Notes: generated from the letters alone by a model not told the origin. Shown: positions 34,254 through 44,585, counted from the stretch's first letter. The stretch: 64,000 nt of DNA from Nitrospirota bacterium (GCA_963740085.1 CAVUCU010000003.1:64001-128000), one strand, 5' to 3'. A program made the numbers and translations.

Positions 34254-35765
34254 TTAAAACCGATAGCTGTACATGACCTGTGCGTTGGTCTGGCTGTGGG
34301 TCACGGTCGCCCCTTCAGGCGCATTGTCCCCGGAGCTCTGCTTCACCTCCGGTGCGTAGGTGAACGAGGCATCCACGGTCGAAGCCATGCTGATCATATA
34401 GCCGGCACCAATGGTCACGTGGGTCTTTTCAATGGCCGGGAACAACGCGTTCAGATACGTATCAGGGATCGGGTTGTTGGCATAATTGATACCGCCGCGC
34501 ACGGTCCAATCAGGATCTATCTTATAGCCGACGCCGATCATGATCACGTTCTGGTCCTTCCACTTCTGATCCAGGGAGGCGTCAACAACAGTGTTGGCAA
34601 AACCCTGGGCAGGATTAGTAGGACCTCCCTGGTCTGCATCCGCAGTAAAGGTCATCTTGAACTCCTTCATCACTGCTTTCCAGTTTATCCACTTGTAGTC
34701 CGCCACGATCATCAAATCTTTGGAAACATTAAATGCCATACCAATGCCTGCCATCTGCGGCCAGTTAAAATCCTTCACCTCGATCTTGCCGGTAAGCGGA
34801 ATAGTCATATTCGCATAAGAGCCATTGGGCGTACCGGTCGTGGCAAAACCCATGTCCATATTCACGTTGAAGCTCACCTTGGCAGAGTTTGTCGTCATGT
34901 CGCCTAAAGCGGTTTTACTATGATACATGGCGCCTATCGTAAAATCATCACTGACTCTGTAAACACCGCCGAGCTTGCCGCCAAAACCGGTCGCTTTTGC
35001 CTTGCCGGTAAAAGAGCTGTCATCGGAAAAATCAAACCGGGCCCAGGGTACAGGGTTGGCAGGATTAAAGGCGCCCATCCCATACATGGTGGCAAAAGCA
35101 TTCACCATGCTGCCGGATGCATTACCATATTGATGCTGATTCGGTGTGGACGAGTCCAACCCGGCGAGATTAAAGAACTGCTGGCCGGTAAGCGCCATCT
35201 TCAGATCCAGCCCTGCCCATACAAAATCAAGGGTAGCGCCAACACTGAGATCCTTGGTTATTGAATATGCAAACGGCACGAGCAACCTGCCGACACTCAA
35301 CTCACTGCGGACCTTTTCTCCCGACCCATAGGCAAGAAACGAGTCGCCGGAAAATTCCGTTCCCATGCCGCCCTGGGCAAACATGCCGATACCGTAGCTC
35401 ATCGGACCGGATTTTTGCACCCAGCCTAATGCAGGCATATAGTATAAGTTGCCTGAGGATGTGGAGGTAGCACCCGGTGTCGACGAAAATGAATTGGTGT
35501 CGTCCGTAGCCTTGACATTCGGTCCCAGTAAACCGAGAGCCACATCCAGCCGGTTGCCCTCGGGCATGAGACCGAGCGTCGCAGGATTGTTCATCATCGC
35601 CGCAGCACCGTTATCGTAGGCCATGGATGCTCCGCCCATGCCGGTGGCGACTGGTCCATATCCCTCCATGTTCATGCCGTTCGTTGCATACACCGTCGTG
35701 GAAACCATTACAGAAGCGATACCGAAGAACAACAGGCACAGCACAACAGGTAAAATCTTTTTCAT
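34254..35765 (-). CDS. OmpP1/FadL/TodX family outer-membrane transporter
   Basis: Signal peptide, GMGGA, NNPATL, C-terminal YSYRF; SD aaggagg. Confidence 0.9.
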   Translation of the reverse strand: MKKILPVVLCLLFFGIASVMVSTTVYATNGMNMEGYGPVATGMGGASMAYDNGAAAMMNNPATLGLMPEGNRLDVALGLLGPNVKATDDTNSFSSTPGATSTSSGNLYYMPALGWVQKSGPMSYGIGMFAQGGMGTEFSGDSFLAYGSGEKVRSELSVGRLLVPFAYSITKDLSVGATLDFVWAGLDLKMALTGQQFFNLAGLDSSTPNQHQYGNASGSMVNAFATMYGMGAFNPANPVPWARFDFSDDSSFTGKAKATGFGGKLGGVYRVSDDFTIGAMYHSKTALGDMTTNSAKVSFNVNMDMGFATTGTPNGSYANMTIPLTGKIEVKDFNWPQMAGIGMAFNVSKDLMIVADYKWINWKAVMKEFKMTFTADADQGGPTNPAQGFANTVVDASLDQKWKDQNVIMIGVGYKIDPDWTVRGGINYANNPIPDTYLNALFPAIEKTHVTIGAGYMISMASTVDASFTYAPEVKQSSGDNAPEGATVTHSQTNAQVMYSYRF

Positions 35766-35888
35766 CTCTTCCTCCTTTTTTATTTTTGTTTCTTTATTCA
35801 TCTCTTCCCCCTTGTCCTGCTGGTTGAGCGTTTCGATTGTGTTTTACACTAAAGGGCACCAGGGACATGAAGCGCCTCCTGAGAATTC

Positions 35889-36197
35889 CTATTTTTTCAT
35901 GACGGTGATGATCCGATGCACAAGCAGGAGCGTGATCAGTACATATATGGAGCCGAAGAGAAAAATGAATGCAACGATAAGATCTTTCTTCTCCTGAGAC
36001 AAGACAATAAAAAAAGGCATCGTAAGATAGCCGATAAAAAAGAAACTGACCAACGATGAAAGAACATTCCAGACTTTCCCAACATCGCCGTCAGGGATCG
36101 ATTTTTTATAGTTTTCCGCCATCACAACGGCGATCACCATCGTTATGATGGCAAGACCGCCAATGATGATAAAGAGATCGAACCCCAATATGGTCAT
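35889..36197 (-). CDS. Small membrane protein (about 3 TM)
   Basis: Hydrophobic 102-aa ORF with SD gaggag. Confidence 0.65.
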   Translation of the reverse strand: MTILGFDLFIIIGGLAIITMVIAVVMAENYKKSIPDGDVGKVWNVLSSLVSFFFIGYLTMPFFIVLSQEKKDLIVAFIFLFGSIYVLITLLLVHRIITVMKK

Positions 36198-36553
36198 GCA
36201 GCAAACTCCTCAGCGCACATAGTTGCACATGATTGCAATTATTCCACGTTTATACCCTTCTGTCAAGACTGAACGCTGTTCAATCGGTCTTTTTTTTAAC
36301 TTGCTTTTTATTGCAGTTTTGCTACAATTTTCGCGACTACTCAGGACTATTACGTAACCACAGAGAATGCCGAGGAATGCGCTGGGGAGACAAGAATACC
36401 TTGAATTTATTTATCAACAAGATAACGATACTTAGCATTCACGTGACATAAAGACGAGGTCACGGAGGCAGTCCCTCAGGTAAATCAATGTCTTCGCTGT
36501 GTGCTCTGCAGTCAACTCTTTCAAACATGTAAAGAATACGGAGGAGGTTCCCC

Positions 36554-37102
36554 ATGCCAAAAAAAGCTGGGCGCAAAAGCACTGCTAAGAAATCCGCTTC
36601 ACGAAAACCCGTCAAGAAAACAGCAAAAAAGAAGGTCATCCGGAAAAAATCAACCGTAAAAAAAATCGTAAAAAGGAAACCATCCAAGGGAAAATCGGTT
36701 GTCAAAAAGAAAGCGCTTAGCAAAAAAATTGCAAAAAAGGCCGTAAAGAAGACCGCTGCCAAGACCAGTCAAACGGTCTCATCCGAACGGTTCGCAGTCG
36801 AACCCGGCCCTCCGCCCCCGGATATCCCGCCGGTCGAAGAACCGGCACAGCATGAAGTGGCCATCGGCACGGTGACCCATTTTTACAGCCATCTTGGCGT
36901 TGCCATAGTCCAGATCAACAACGGCACGCTCAAAACAGGCGACTCGATCCACGTTCAAGGGCATACCACGGATTTCACCCAGCCGGTGGAGTCCATGGAG
37001 TTTGAACATCAGCACATAGACCAGGCCGCGACCGGTCAAATCGTCGGGGTGCGGGTCAAGGACGAAGTACGGATACACGATATCGTGTACCTGATAAAAT
37101 AG
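36554..37102 (+). CDS. Lys-rich histone-H1-like N-terminus fused to an EF-Tu domain II/U32 C-terminal-like barrel
   Basis: K/A/R-rich first ~70 aa; IGTVTHFYSHLGVA...GDSIHVQGHTTDF...SME; SD ggaggagg. Confidence 0.8.
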   Translation: MPKKAGRKSTAKKSASRKPVKKTAKKKVIRKKSTVKKIVKRKPSKGKSVVKKKALSKKIAKKAVKKTAAKTSQTVSSERFAVEPGPPPPDIPPVEEPAQHEVAIGTVTHFYSHLGVAIVQINNGTLKTGDSIHVQGHTTDFTQPVESMEFEHQHIDQAATGQIVGVRVKDEVRIHDIVYLIK

Positions 37103-37234
37103 CGCCGGGTGCCCAAAACGTATGATGCTGTCATGCCAGCGCGGGTCCTCATGCCTGCGCTGAATTTGTTTACACCCCATATTCCGTAGGAATGTAACAA
37201 TTATTATTTCATTGTATCTTCTCAGGTAAAAATC

Positions 37235-37337
37235 TGTTGGCCACGCAAGGATCGCAGAGAGAATGAGAAACTGAAATACATGGTTTTAGGCTTTTCTTTG
37301 CGTTCTTTGCGTTCTTTGCGTTCTTTTGCGGCCAACA
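37235..37337. repeat. Intergenic inverted repeat, 9-nt-period family
   Basis: tgttggcc...cgcaagg/cgcagag ... (ctttgcgtt)x3 ... ggccaaca. Confidence 0.7.
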
Positions 37338-37378
37338 TGAGCAGTTACATTTGTCTATTTTAATTCAAGGAGCCCATC

Positions 37379-39055
37379 ATCCCGACCATTTACGGCAACA
37401 CGACCGGCCTCAAGCCTGCTGAAATAAAGATGCTCGAACGTCTCTACCGCAGAAAGATGCCGCCCGACACGGTCATCACCCCCGAAGCCGCTCGTGCGCT
37501 CTCTGAAGCCTCAGCCGGGATCGGCCGCCAGGTCGGCCTCATCATCGACCGTTCGGGAAGCATCCGGAACGTGCTCGTGGGAACGAACCATGACATCCTC
37601 ATCCCCGACCTGTCGGAGCACCGGCTCGGCGCACGGCGCCTGCGCGGGGTACGGTTCATCCACACACACCTGAAAAACATACCTCTGAACCAGGAAGACC
37701 TCACCGACCTGGCGCTCCTCAGGTTGGACATGATCGCGGCGCTCGCCGTCGGCCCCAATGGGAACCCCGGGACCATCTCGCTTGCCTATCTGGTCCCGCC
37801 GAATCCCTCGGGAAAGATCCATGAGGTCCTGCCGCCGCAATCCGTTCATGCCCTCGACGTGGATGCGGCGGAATTCATCGGCGACATCGAACGGGAAATG
37901 GAGCGTGCGCAATCGGCCCTTGTGGTCGCGAAAAAGGACCGCGCCATCCTCGTGAGCGTATCCAAGAAGAGCAGGCACGAACAGGAAGAATCCATCGAAG
38001 AGCTCAAAGAACTTGCGCGAACGGACGCGATCACCGTGCTCGACACCGTGGTCCAGCGTCTGCACGACATAAACCCGCGATACCTGCTCGGCGAAGGAAA
38101 GATCAAGGAGCTCATCATCCGTTCCCAGCAGCTCGGCGCCGACCTCATCGTTTTTAATCAGGACCTGACCCCCGCGCAGGTCAAGTCCATCGGAGACATC
38201 ACCGAGATGCGGGTCATCGACCGCACCCAGCTCATCCTCGACATCTTCGCGCGCAGGGCACACAGCGGCGACGGCAAGGTGCAGGTGGAGCTTGCCCAGC
38301 TCAAGTATCGACTGCCCAGACTGTCGGAACGCTCGACCGCCCTCTCGAGGCTCACCGGCGGCATCGGTGGACGCGGCCCGGGCGAGACGAGGCTCGAGGT
38401 CGATATGCGCCGCGCGCGGGACAAGATCCGAAGGCTGGAGAAGCAGCTCGATGCACTCGGAAAGGCGAGGGACCAGCGGCGGGAACGGCGCATCAAAAGC
38501 GAGATCCCCATCGTCTCGATCGCGGGCTACACGAACGCGGGCAAGTCCACGCTGTTCAATGCGCTGACGCGCTCGGAGGTAAAGGCCGAGGACCTGCTCT
38601 TCGCCACGCTCGATACGGCCACGCGCAGGCTCCGCTTCCCTCGCGACCGCGAGGTGGTCATCACTGACACCGTGGGGTTCATCAAGGACCTGCCGAAGGA
38701 CCTGCTGGGCGCCTTCCGCGCGACACTCGATGAGATGCAGGACGCGGACCTGATCCTGCATGTCGTGGACATCAGCAATCCTCGCTTCGAACAGCAGATG
38801 GAGTCGGTCAACAATCTCCTGGCGGAGATCGGCCTTGATGAGATCCCCCAGCTCATCGTGCTGAATAAGGTCGACCTCGTGAACGGCCTCTGGGCCAGGG
38901 CCATCGCAGCGCGTTTTAAAGGCGTGGTCTGTTCGGCGATCGAGCCGAAAACGCTGGGAGATCTGCTGAAGGAAATCGAGCAGCGGGTGTGGGCGGAGGA
39001 TGTGAGGCTGGAGGATAGTTCGGATTTTATAGTTCAGAGTGAGAAGAAGATGTGA
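37379..39055 (+). CDS. hflX: GTPase HflX (long form); probable ATC start
   Basis: IDRTQLILDIFA, GPGET, GYTNAGKSTL, LFATLD, DTVGF, NKVD; IYGNTTGLK lies upstream of the first ATG (37430). Confidence 0.92.
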   Translation: MPTIYGNTTGLKPAEIKMLERLYRRKMPPDTVITPEAARALSEASAGIGRQVGLIIDRSGSIRNVLVGTNHDILIPDLSEHRLGARRLRGVRFIHTHLKNIPLNQEDLTDLALLRLDMIAALAVGPNGNPGTISLAYLVPPNPSGKIHEVLPPQSVHALDVDAAEFIGDIEREMERAQSALVVAKKDRAILVSVSKKSRHEQEESIEELKELARTDAITVLDTVVQRLHDINPRYLLGEGKIKELIIRSQQLGADLIVFNQDLTPAQVKSIGDITEMRVIDRTQLILDIFARRAHSGDGKVQVELAQLKYRLPRLSERSTALSRLTGGIGGRGPGETRLEVDMRRARDKIRRLEKQLDALGKARDQRRERRIKSEIPIVSIAGYTNAGKSTLFNALTRSEVKAEDLLFATLDTATRRLRFPRDREVVITDTVGFIKDLPKDLLGAFRATLDEMQDADLILHVVDISNPRFEQQMESVNNLLAEIGLDEIPQLIVLNKVDLVNGLWARAIAARFKGVVCSAIEPKTLGDLLKEIEQRVWAEDVRLEDSSDFIVQSEKKM

Positions 39056-39205
39056 TCAAGGGTATTTACGTTGGCACTTGTCGCAGATATACTTCGAACC
39101 AATAATATCCCTCTCTTTGCTCAAGACGACAATGACGTCTCTGAAAGCCTGTAATTTGGCGTCAGTGCGTCCTGCTGCTTCGGGGTATTTTGGTTCCACC
39201 AAGTC

Positions 39206-39240
39206 GAAAAAGGCCCTGGAGAAGAGTATTCCAGAGCCCC
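39206..39240 (-). terminator. Probable Rho-independent terminator
   Basis: Minus strand ggctctgga...tccagggcc followed by ttttt. Confidence 0.55.
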
Positions 39241-39253
39241 TTTCTTCCTCTAC

Positions 39254-39571
39254 CTACCCGCCTACATACCCAGGAGAAAATTCAATGTCCCCGGGTTTCT
39301 CTATCGCATTCACCTGGGCTGTCTCCTCGAAATCCACAGAGCCTTTCCAATCAACGTTGCAGGAATGCGACAATATCTGGAGCTTCCAGTCGATCTGGTC
39401 CGCAAGCTCGCCAAGATGCCGTCCGAACATCCCGCCTTCTATGTCTTTCCCCGGACTATTCGCGACAGACCGATCCTTCAGTTCAATGATCCTTGCCTTC
39501 ATTTCTGCCAGCTCGGTATAGACTTCATCGCAAAATCCTTTGCTTTCTTTCACATTCATAAGGCTTGCCAT
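39254..39571 (-). CDS. Hypothetical protein
   Basis: SD aggaggt; extended -10-like tgctataat upstream. Confidence 0.7.
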   Translation of the reverse strand: MASLMNVKESKGFCDEVYTELAEMKARIIELKDRSVANSPGKDIEGGMFGRHLGELADQIDWKLQILSHSCNVDWKGSVDFEETAQVNAIEKPGDIEFSPGYVGG

Positions 39572-39682
39572 AATACACCTCCTTGAAGATAGGCTTCTCT
39601 TACCCATCTTGATATAATTATAGCACATAAAAAGGAGTGCAATGGTGTTGTTTTCATGATCAAACCATATGACCATCGATGT

Positions 39683-40090
39683 CTATTTCTTTTCAATCGG
39701 GTATTTGTCCTTTTCCCATTCTAGCCACCCGCCTTTCAGCGCATAGACACTGGGATATCCCATCTCAATAAGTTTCAGCGCCACACGGGCGCTTGTCGCC
39801 TCATTGGCTCACGAACAGTACAGAATTATCGTTTTCTCCCTGGCATATTTTTTTGCCCAACGGGTGACGTTCTGCGGATCTTCACGAACCGCTCCGCTGA
39901 TCTTGGAGTCGCTCTTTTCCCAATCGCGCCCTGTTCGCACATCTATAACTACAATATTTTTATCGCCAAGTTTCGCCCTAAGCTCCTCGTTTGTCATCCT
40001 CGGGGCATCGGACGATGCTACTGCGACCGTAAAAAGTGCGTTAAAAAATATGAGAGCCATAAAAAGACTAAATATGCTTTTTTTGTTCAT
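39683..40090 (-). CDS. Secreted rhodanese-like selenoprotein (UGA at 39809-39811 = Sec)
   Basis: Signal peptide, IDVR, KISGA, ILYCS-U-ANEATSARVA...ALKGGWLEW...PIEKK; the domain is complete only with readthrough. Confidence 0.88.
39777..39793 (-). promoter_or_regulatory. Putative SECIS hairpin for the rhodanese
   Basis: agcgcc-cgtgt-ggcgct starting 15 nt after the UGA. Confidence 0.6.
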
Positions 40091-40201
40091 GCATGCCTCC
40101 TCTTGGATGTGCTCACAATACTCATTCTGTGATGTCATGTTTTCTCGTGGTTTGTTTCCCCTGTTGTTATCCTAAGTTTGCGACCAGGTGAACAACACTA
40201 G

Positions 40202-40871
40202 CTACATAAGGAATGAGTAATCACTGGGATACGATGAGACACTTATCCCGTCTGTCCCTGGAACCTGTACCGAAGCCCCGCCATTCTTTCGGACAATTCT
40301 AAACAGTACCTGGTTCTTGGATTGGCTCATGACACTTCCATATTTCGAAAAGAATGTATCGGGGAGCCGAATTTCGGCTACATCTCCCGCATCACTCTGG
40401 CAGAGGAGGACCGCATGATCAAAACCAGCTATTGGCAACCCAAGAAACCAATGGTTAGGTTGACGCTCTGTAGCCACTGCAATCCCTACACGCCGGCCTG
40501 ATTTTGTCAGGTAAATAGTCTTCCCTTTCATTAATTGAAGAGAAACGCCTTCATTCGTCAATCTTTGAAGAAAAGCCTCTCGTATTTCTTCTCCATGTCT
40601 TCTTGCGGCGGCAGCCATTGATTTTAATTTAAGTTCCTTCTCAGATGTTTCTTGTTTAGCGGCGGGTGCTGCCACATTTGAATTAGTTTTATCCTCTCTT
40701 AACGCCTCCAGTTCTTGAACAATTTGACCATGGCGGCTGATGAGAAGCTCAATTTTATGCAGCTTTTCATTTGCAGACAAAACCAGATCGGAGTTTCCTT
40801 CCCTGGCTGACTGCGAAATATTTGATAGTATAATTGCTTTTCTCTTTTTCTAAATCGGCTATTGAATCCAT
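40202..40871 (-). CDS. Hypothetical protein with an apparent 1-nt insertion near the 5' end
   Basis: SD aggagg plus ATG at 40871 joins the 192-aa ORF if one A is removed from the A-rich run near 40838-40849. Confidence 0.55.
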
Positions 40872-40953
40872 ACGTATACCTCCTGCTAAGGATTAACGTC
40901 CGCAGCAGACTTGTCCCTCCTTTTTTAGTGACACTGTGCCCGAAGTATGATTG

Positions 40954-40983
40954 AAAAAGGGGACCCGGATAGTACGGGTCCCC
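40954..40983 (-). terminator. Rho-independent terminator after the cytochrome gene
   Basis: ggggacccg/cgggtcccc stem plus ttttt on the minus strand. Confidence 0.8.
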
Positions 40984-41059
40984 TCGATTTTTGCAAACTT
41001 TTAATTTTTCGGATCGACTGGCGGATCAAACGCCGGTCAGTACAAACCGATAAATACCG

Positions 41060-42652
41060 TTAGGGAAGTGCTGCCAGAAAATTCGCAAAATCCTGCACGG
41101 TAGTTCCTGATGGCGGTGTAAACATACCGGTGATCGACGACACCCAGGCAGACGCGCTTCTCCCGCTGACTGAGTGTCCGCCTGACTTGAGCACGGTCGT
41201 ATTCACGGTAAGACCGTGACACTGTGTGCATGTCGTTGTCACCTGGGCCAGCGTGAGCGTCGAAGTCGGCGGGACATAAGTGCAGGACTGCGAAAGAACA
41301 GGTGCTCCTCCGCCGCATCCTGCCGGAGACGATGATGCTACTGTCCTGGACTGCGTACTGTTGGACTGGCAAGCTCCCCAGGCAGAGTACGTGAAGGACG
41401 TGCAGGTCGTGGTCGGCGGCACATAGGTGCAGGACTGAGAAAGAACGGGTGTTCCTCCGGTGCAGCCGGAAGGAGACGATGTTGCAACGGTTCTGGTCTG
41501 CGTGCTGTCAGACTGGCAAGCCCCCCAGGCAGAGTAGGTGAAGGAGGCGCAGGCCGTGGCCGTGACCGGCTGTGCTGCCAGGAAATTCGCATAATCCTGG
41601 GCGTTAACGCCGGCAGGCGTCAATGAGGCCCCCAGGCCGATCATAGTGTTGACCGTCGTCAGCCAATCAGTTGCAGTTCTTCCGCTGATCGAGTACCCGC
41701 CGCTCTTGAATACAGTGCTGTTCGAGGTGAGCCCGTGGCACCCTGTGCACGACGAGGTCACATTCGCCGCGGTAATCGTCGTGACCGGCGGCGGTACAGA
41801 GGTGCAGGACTGGGAAAGAACAGGGGTTCCCGTGCAGCCGGAAGGAGACGACGTCGCTACGGTTCTGGTCTGCGTGTTGTCAGACTGGCACGCACCCCAC
41901 GGATTGTACAGGTAGGTGCAGGTCGTTGGCGTGGAGCCGGGTGCGGAAGGCATGTTTTCCGGGTGGAAGGTTCCGGAATCGATATTATCTAAAGGCCCTG
42001 AAAAGATCACGCCGCCGGTCTGCCTGTTCGTAACGGTTACCGTCCCTGAGTTGACCATGATCTCCACGTCGCGGAACATTGCCTGAAGTCCAGTGTTATC
42101 GTCGACATTCTCGTCGGTGATCGGGTCACCAGAAGCTGGATACAGGGCAAACAGAGGCGCCAGCACCATTTTCAGGCTGTTGATGACCGATTCAAAATTG
42201 TCCGCCGTTTTTCGATACATATCCGGATCAGGTCTCACAAAAAGCTCATCCGGATCGGTGCCGTTCACCGCGCAGGCGACTGCTGTATCCGAGATCGGGT
42301 TGATGTTGGTACTTCCGCCGTTCCTCGAAACAGAATACATCCGGATGTTTTCTGGATTATACGTCGGTTCAGCCCTCAGAATATAAGGTGGCTTTAACCC
42401 GCTGACGTCGACAGTGTAAGATCCGTTCTCGATCGCAACAATCTTTTCCTGAGCCGGCTCAGAAGAATCTATTGCGGAAACATATCCGGAGGTCGTCGTG
42501 CCGAGTGAAGCAACACCGTACAGCACGGCCGTTGATTGTGATTGATTAGGCGTGGTCGATGAATCCGACGAACCGGATGAACCGCAGCCGTTCAGCGCGA
42601 GGCCCAGTATAACTGAGCATAACAAGAGTATCGTGGTAGCGTTCTTTTTCAT
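41060..42652 (-). CDS. Lipoprotein c-type cytochrome (2 CxxCH) with three thrombospondin-type-1-like repeats
   Basis: Lipobox LNGC; CTGCH and CTQCH; 3x C..Y..WGACQS..TQ.RTV..SSP.GC...PVLSQSC. Confidence 0.8.
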   Translation of the reverse strand: MKKNATTILLLCSVILGLALNGCGSSGSSDSSTTPNQSQSTAVLYGVASLGTTTSGYVSAIDSSEPAQEKIVAIENGSYTVDVSGLKPPYILRAEPTYNPENIRMYSVSRNGGSTNINPISDTAVACAVNGTDPDELFVRPDPDMYRKTADNFESVINSLKMVLAPLFALYPASGDPITDENVDDNTGLQAMFRDVEIMVNSGTVTVTNRQTGGVIFSGPLDNIDSGTFHPENMPSAPGSTPTTCTYLYNPWGACQSDNTQTRTVATSSPSGCTGTPVLSQSCTSVPPPVTTITAANVTSSCTGCHGLTSNSTVFKSGGYSISGRTATDWLTTVNTMIGLGASLTPAGVNAQDYANFLAAQPVTATACASFTYSAWGACQSDSTQTRTVATSSPSGCTGGTPVLSQSCTYVPPTTTCTSFTYSAWGACQSNSTQSRTVASSSPAGCGGGAPVLSQSCTYVPPTSTLTLAQVTTTCTQCHGLTVNTTVLKSGGHSVSGRSASAWVSSITGMFTPPSGTTVQDFANFLAALP

Positions 42653-42731
42653 GTTTAGATCTCCTTTAGATAGATATAGCTGATGTATTTGGCGAGAAAT
42701 TGATTTTCAATAACAAATCGCTCTTTATAGA

Positions 42732-42746
42732 GCAAGTATGATGCCA
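42732..42746 (-). promoter_or_regulatory. Sigma-54 (-24/-12) promoter
   Basis: Minus strand TGGCA-tcatac-TTGC, 80 nt upstream of the cytochrome start. Confidence 0.7.
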
Positions 42747-43140
42747 TACTTGCGGCGTTTGGCGAAGGTTCTGATTGTAAAGGATATTATACGCAAAGAT
42801 GCTCAATCGAATGTTCACAGAGGCAGAAAAAGTGAAGGAATTTCCCTTCGGTCGGTACGAAATTAATTACTCGAAAAGACACTATTGATGTTAATATTCA
42901 ATTGGTTAACTAATTGAAGGGATTTTCATGCGGTCGGTGAAATGATATACAAGTTCCATCTCGAAGTGCCGTTTGAGGCGCACTTCGAGTACTAGCGATA
43001 TCTGCAATCGCCAGCGGGGCGAACCCTTGAGGATATCAACGAATATTATGGATTATGTGACGGCTTAATGCTGACAAGTGCAGTTTGTTACCTGATAAGT
43101 TTTTAAGAGCGGTAACACGAGTGAATACAGGGAGTAGTTA

Positions 43141-44478
43141 TTACTTCCCTCCAATTGACAATTCCTTCACCCGGAGCGAAGGGCTGCCGATCCGGCCGGA
43201 AAAGCGGAGGTCTCTGCCGACTGCGTCCACATTCTTCATAAGATCCAGGATATTCCCCGCGATCGTGATCTCGCGAACAGGATACACTTTTTTACCCTGC
43301 TCGATCCAGAACCCGGTTGCGCCCACGGAGAAATCGCCGGATATATGGTTCGCGGTATGCGCTCCCATTACCTCGGTAACGTAGAGTCCGCTGCTCGTCC
43401 CGCTGATCAGTTCCTCAAGCGAGTAGTTCCCCGGTTCGATATACAGGTTCGTCACGCCCACTCCGGGAATGCCCTTGAACCCGCCGCGCATGCCATTTCC
43501 GGTCGACACCGTCTTGTCCTTGTTCGCTGTATAGGTATTGTACAGGAACAGCGCAAGCCTGCCCTTGTCAATGACCGTCTTCTTTTTCGTCGGCACGGTC
43601 TCGTCGTCCGAGGGTGCGCTGCCGAGCCCTTCCTCAAGCAAACCATCGTCATACACCGTGATGAGCGGCGCCGTCACTTCCATGCCGAGTTTGCCCATAA
43701 AGAGCGACCGTTTTTTTTGCACGCCCTCGGCGGAGAAACCGGAAGCCAGGATCGATAAAAAGTCTCCTGCCACTTCGGCATCTAGGACCACCGGCGCTTT
43801 CACCGAATCAATATGCCTGGCGCCGAGAAGGTCGAGCGCCTTTTGTGCCGCCCGGTGCGCGACTTCCTCGATCATCAGTTTGCGATAAAACCTCTTCACG
43901 TCGAAATCAGATCCTGCCTGCGATTCACCCTTGTCCTCGGCAACAACCTCGATGCTCGACGATGCCCCGGTGCCGCGGTACGAGACCTCGGCGCCATGGG
44001 TGTTCATGATCATGGTCTCGGACTCCGAGAAGCTCGCAGAGGCCTTTCTGATGCGCTTGATCCGCGGGTCCACGCCAAAGGCCTCGCGTTCCATGGCCAT
44101 GATGCGTTCGATCTTCTCCTTCTCGCTCAGGGCGACCAGTTCGGGGTCATACATCGTTATCGATCGATAGGCAACGGCAGGCCTTTCCGGGATCGAATGG
44201 AACGGATCGGGCTCGATGTTCCGCGCGTTCGTTATTGCCGATCGTGTCAGGGTTTTGAGGGCATTCTCCGAGAGGTCGGTGGTAAAAGCGAATCCCATCC
44301 TTCCGTTGACAAGGACCCGGAGACCCCCGCCGATGTCTTTGGCGCGGTCAAAAGCGTCGACCTTTTGTTCCTTGACCTCTATGCTGGTGGATGCCGAGGA
44401 GCGGAGAAAGACCTCGGCAGCGTCTGCCTTGAGGTCTTTTGAGAGGGAGAGGATTTTTTCAGCGATGTGCTTATTCAT
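43141..44478 (-). CDS. pmbA: TldD/PmbA family protein (PmbA/TldE-type)
   Basis: GLRVLVNGRMGFA, STGN, SGDFS, EITIAGN, GSPSL; lacks TldD HExxxH. Confidence 0.88.
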   Translation of the reverse strand: MNKHIAEKILSLSKDLKADAAEVFLRSSASTSIEVKEQKVDAFDRAKDIGGGLRVLVNGRMGFAFTTDLSENALKTLTRSAITNARNIEPDPFHSIPERPAVAYRSITMYDPELVALSEKEKIERIMAMEREAFGVDPRIKRIRKASASFSESETMIMNTHGAEVSYRGTGASSSIEVVAEDKGESQAGSDFDVKRFYRKLMIEEVAHRAAQKALDLLGARHIDSVKAPVVLDAEVAGDFLSILASGFSAEGVQKKRSLFMGKLGMEVTAPLITVYDDGLLEEGLGSAPSDDETVPTKKKTVIDKGRLALFLYNTYTANKDKTVSTGNGMRGGFKGIPGVGVTNLYIEPGNYSLEELISGTSSGLYVTEVMGAHTANHISGDFSVGATGFWIEQGKKVYPVREITIAGNILDLMKNVDAVGRDLRFSGRIGSPSLRVKELSIGGK

Positions 44479-44498
44479 GATTTATGTAAAAAATCCAT

Positions 44499-44585
44499 AC
44501 CGCAAAGGCGCGAAGAGCGCGAAGGATTACATTCATTTTACACCCGGTCACTTGCATTTCTTCGTGACCTTGGCGACTTCGCGGT
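44499..44585. repeat. Intergenic inverted repeat, 9-nt-period family
   Basis: accgcaaagg cgcgaagag cgcgaagga ... cttcgtgac cttggcgac ttcgcggt. Confidence 0.7.
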
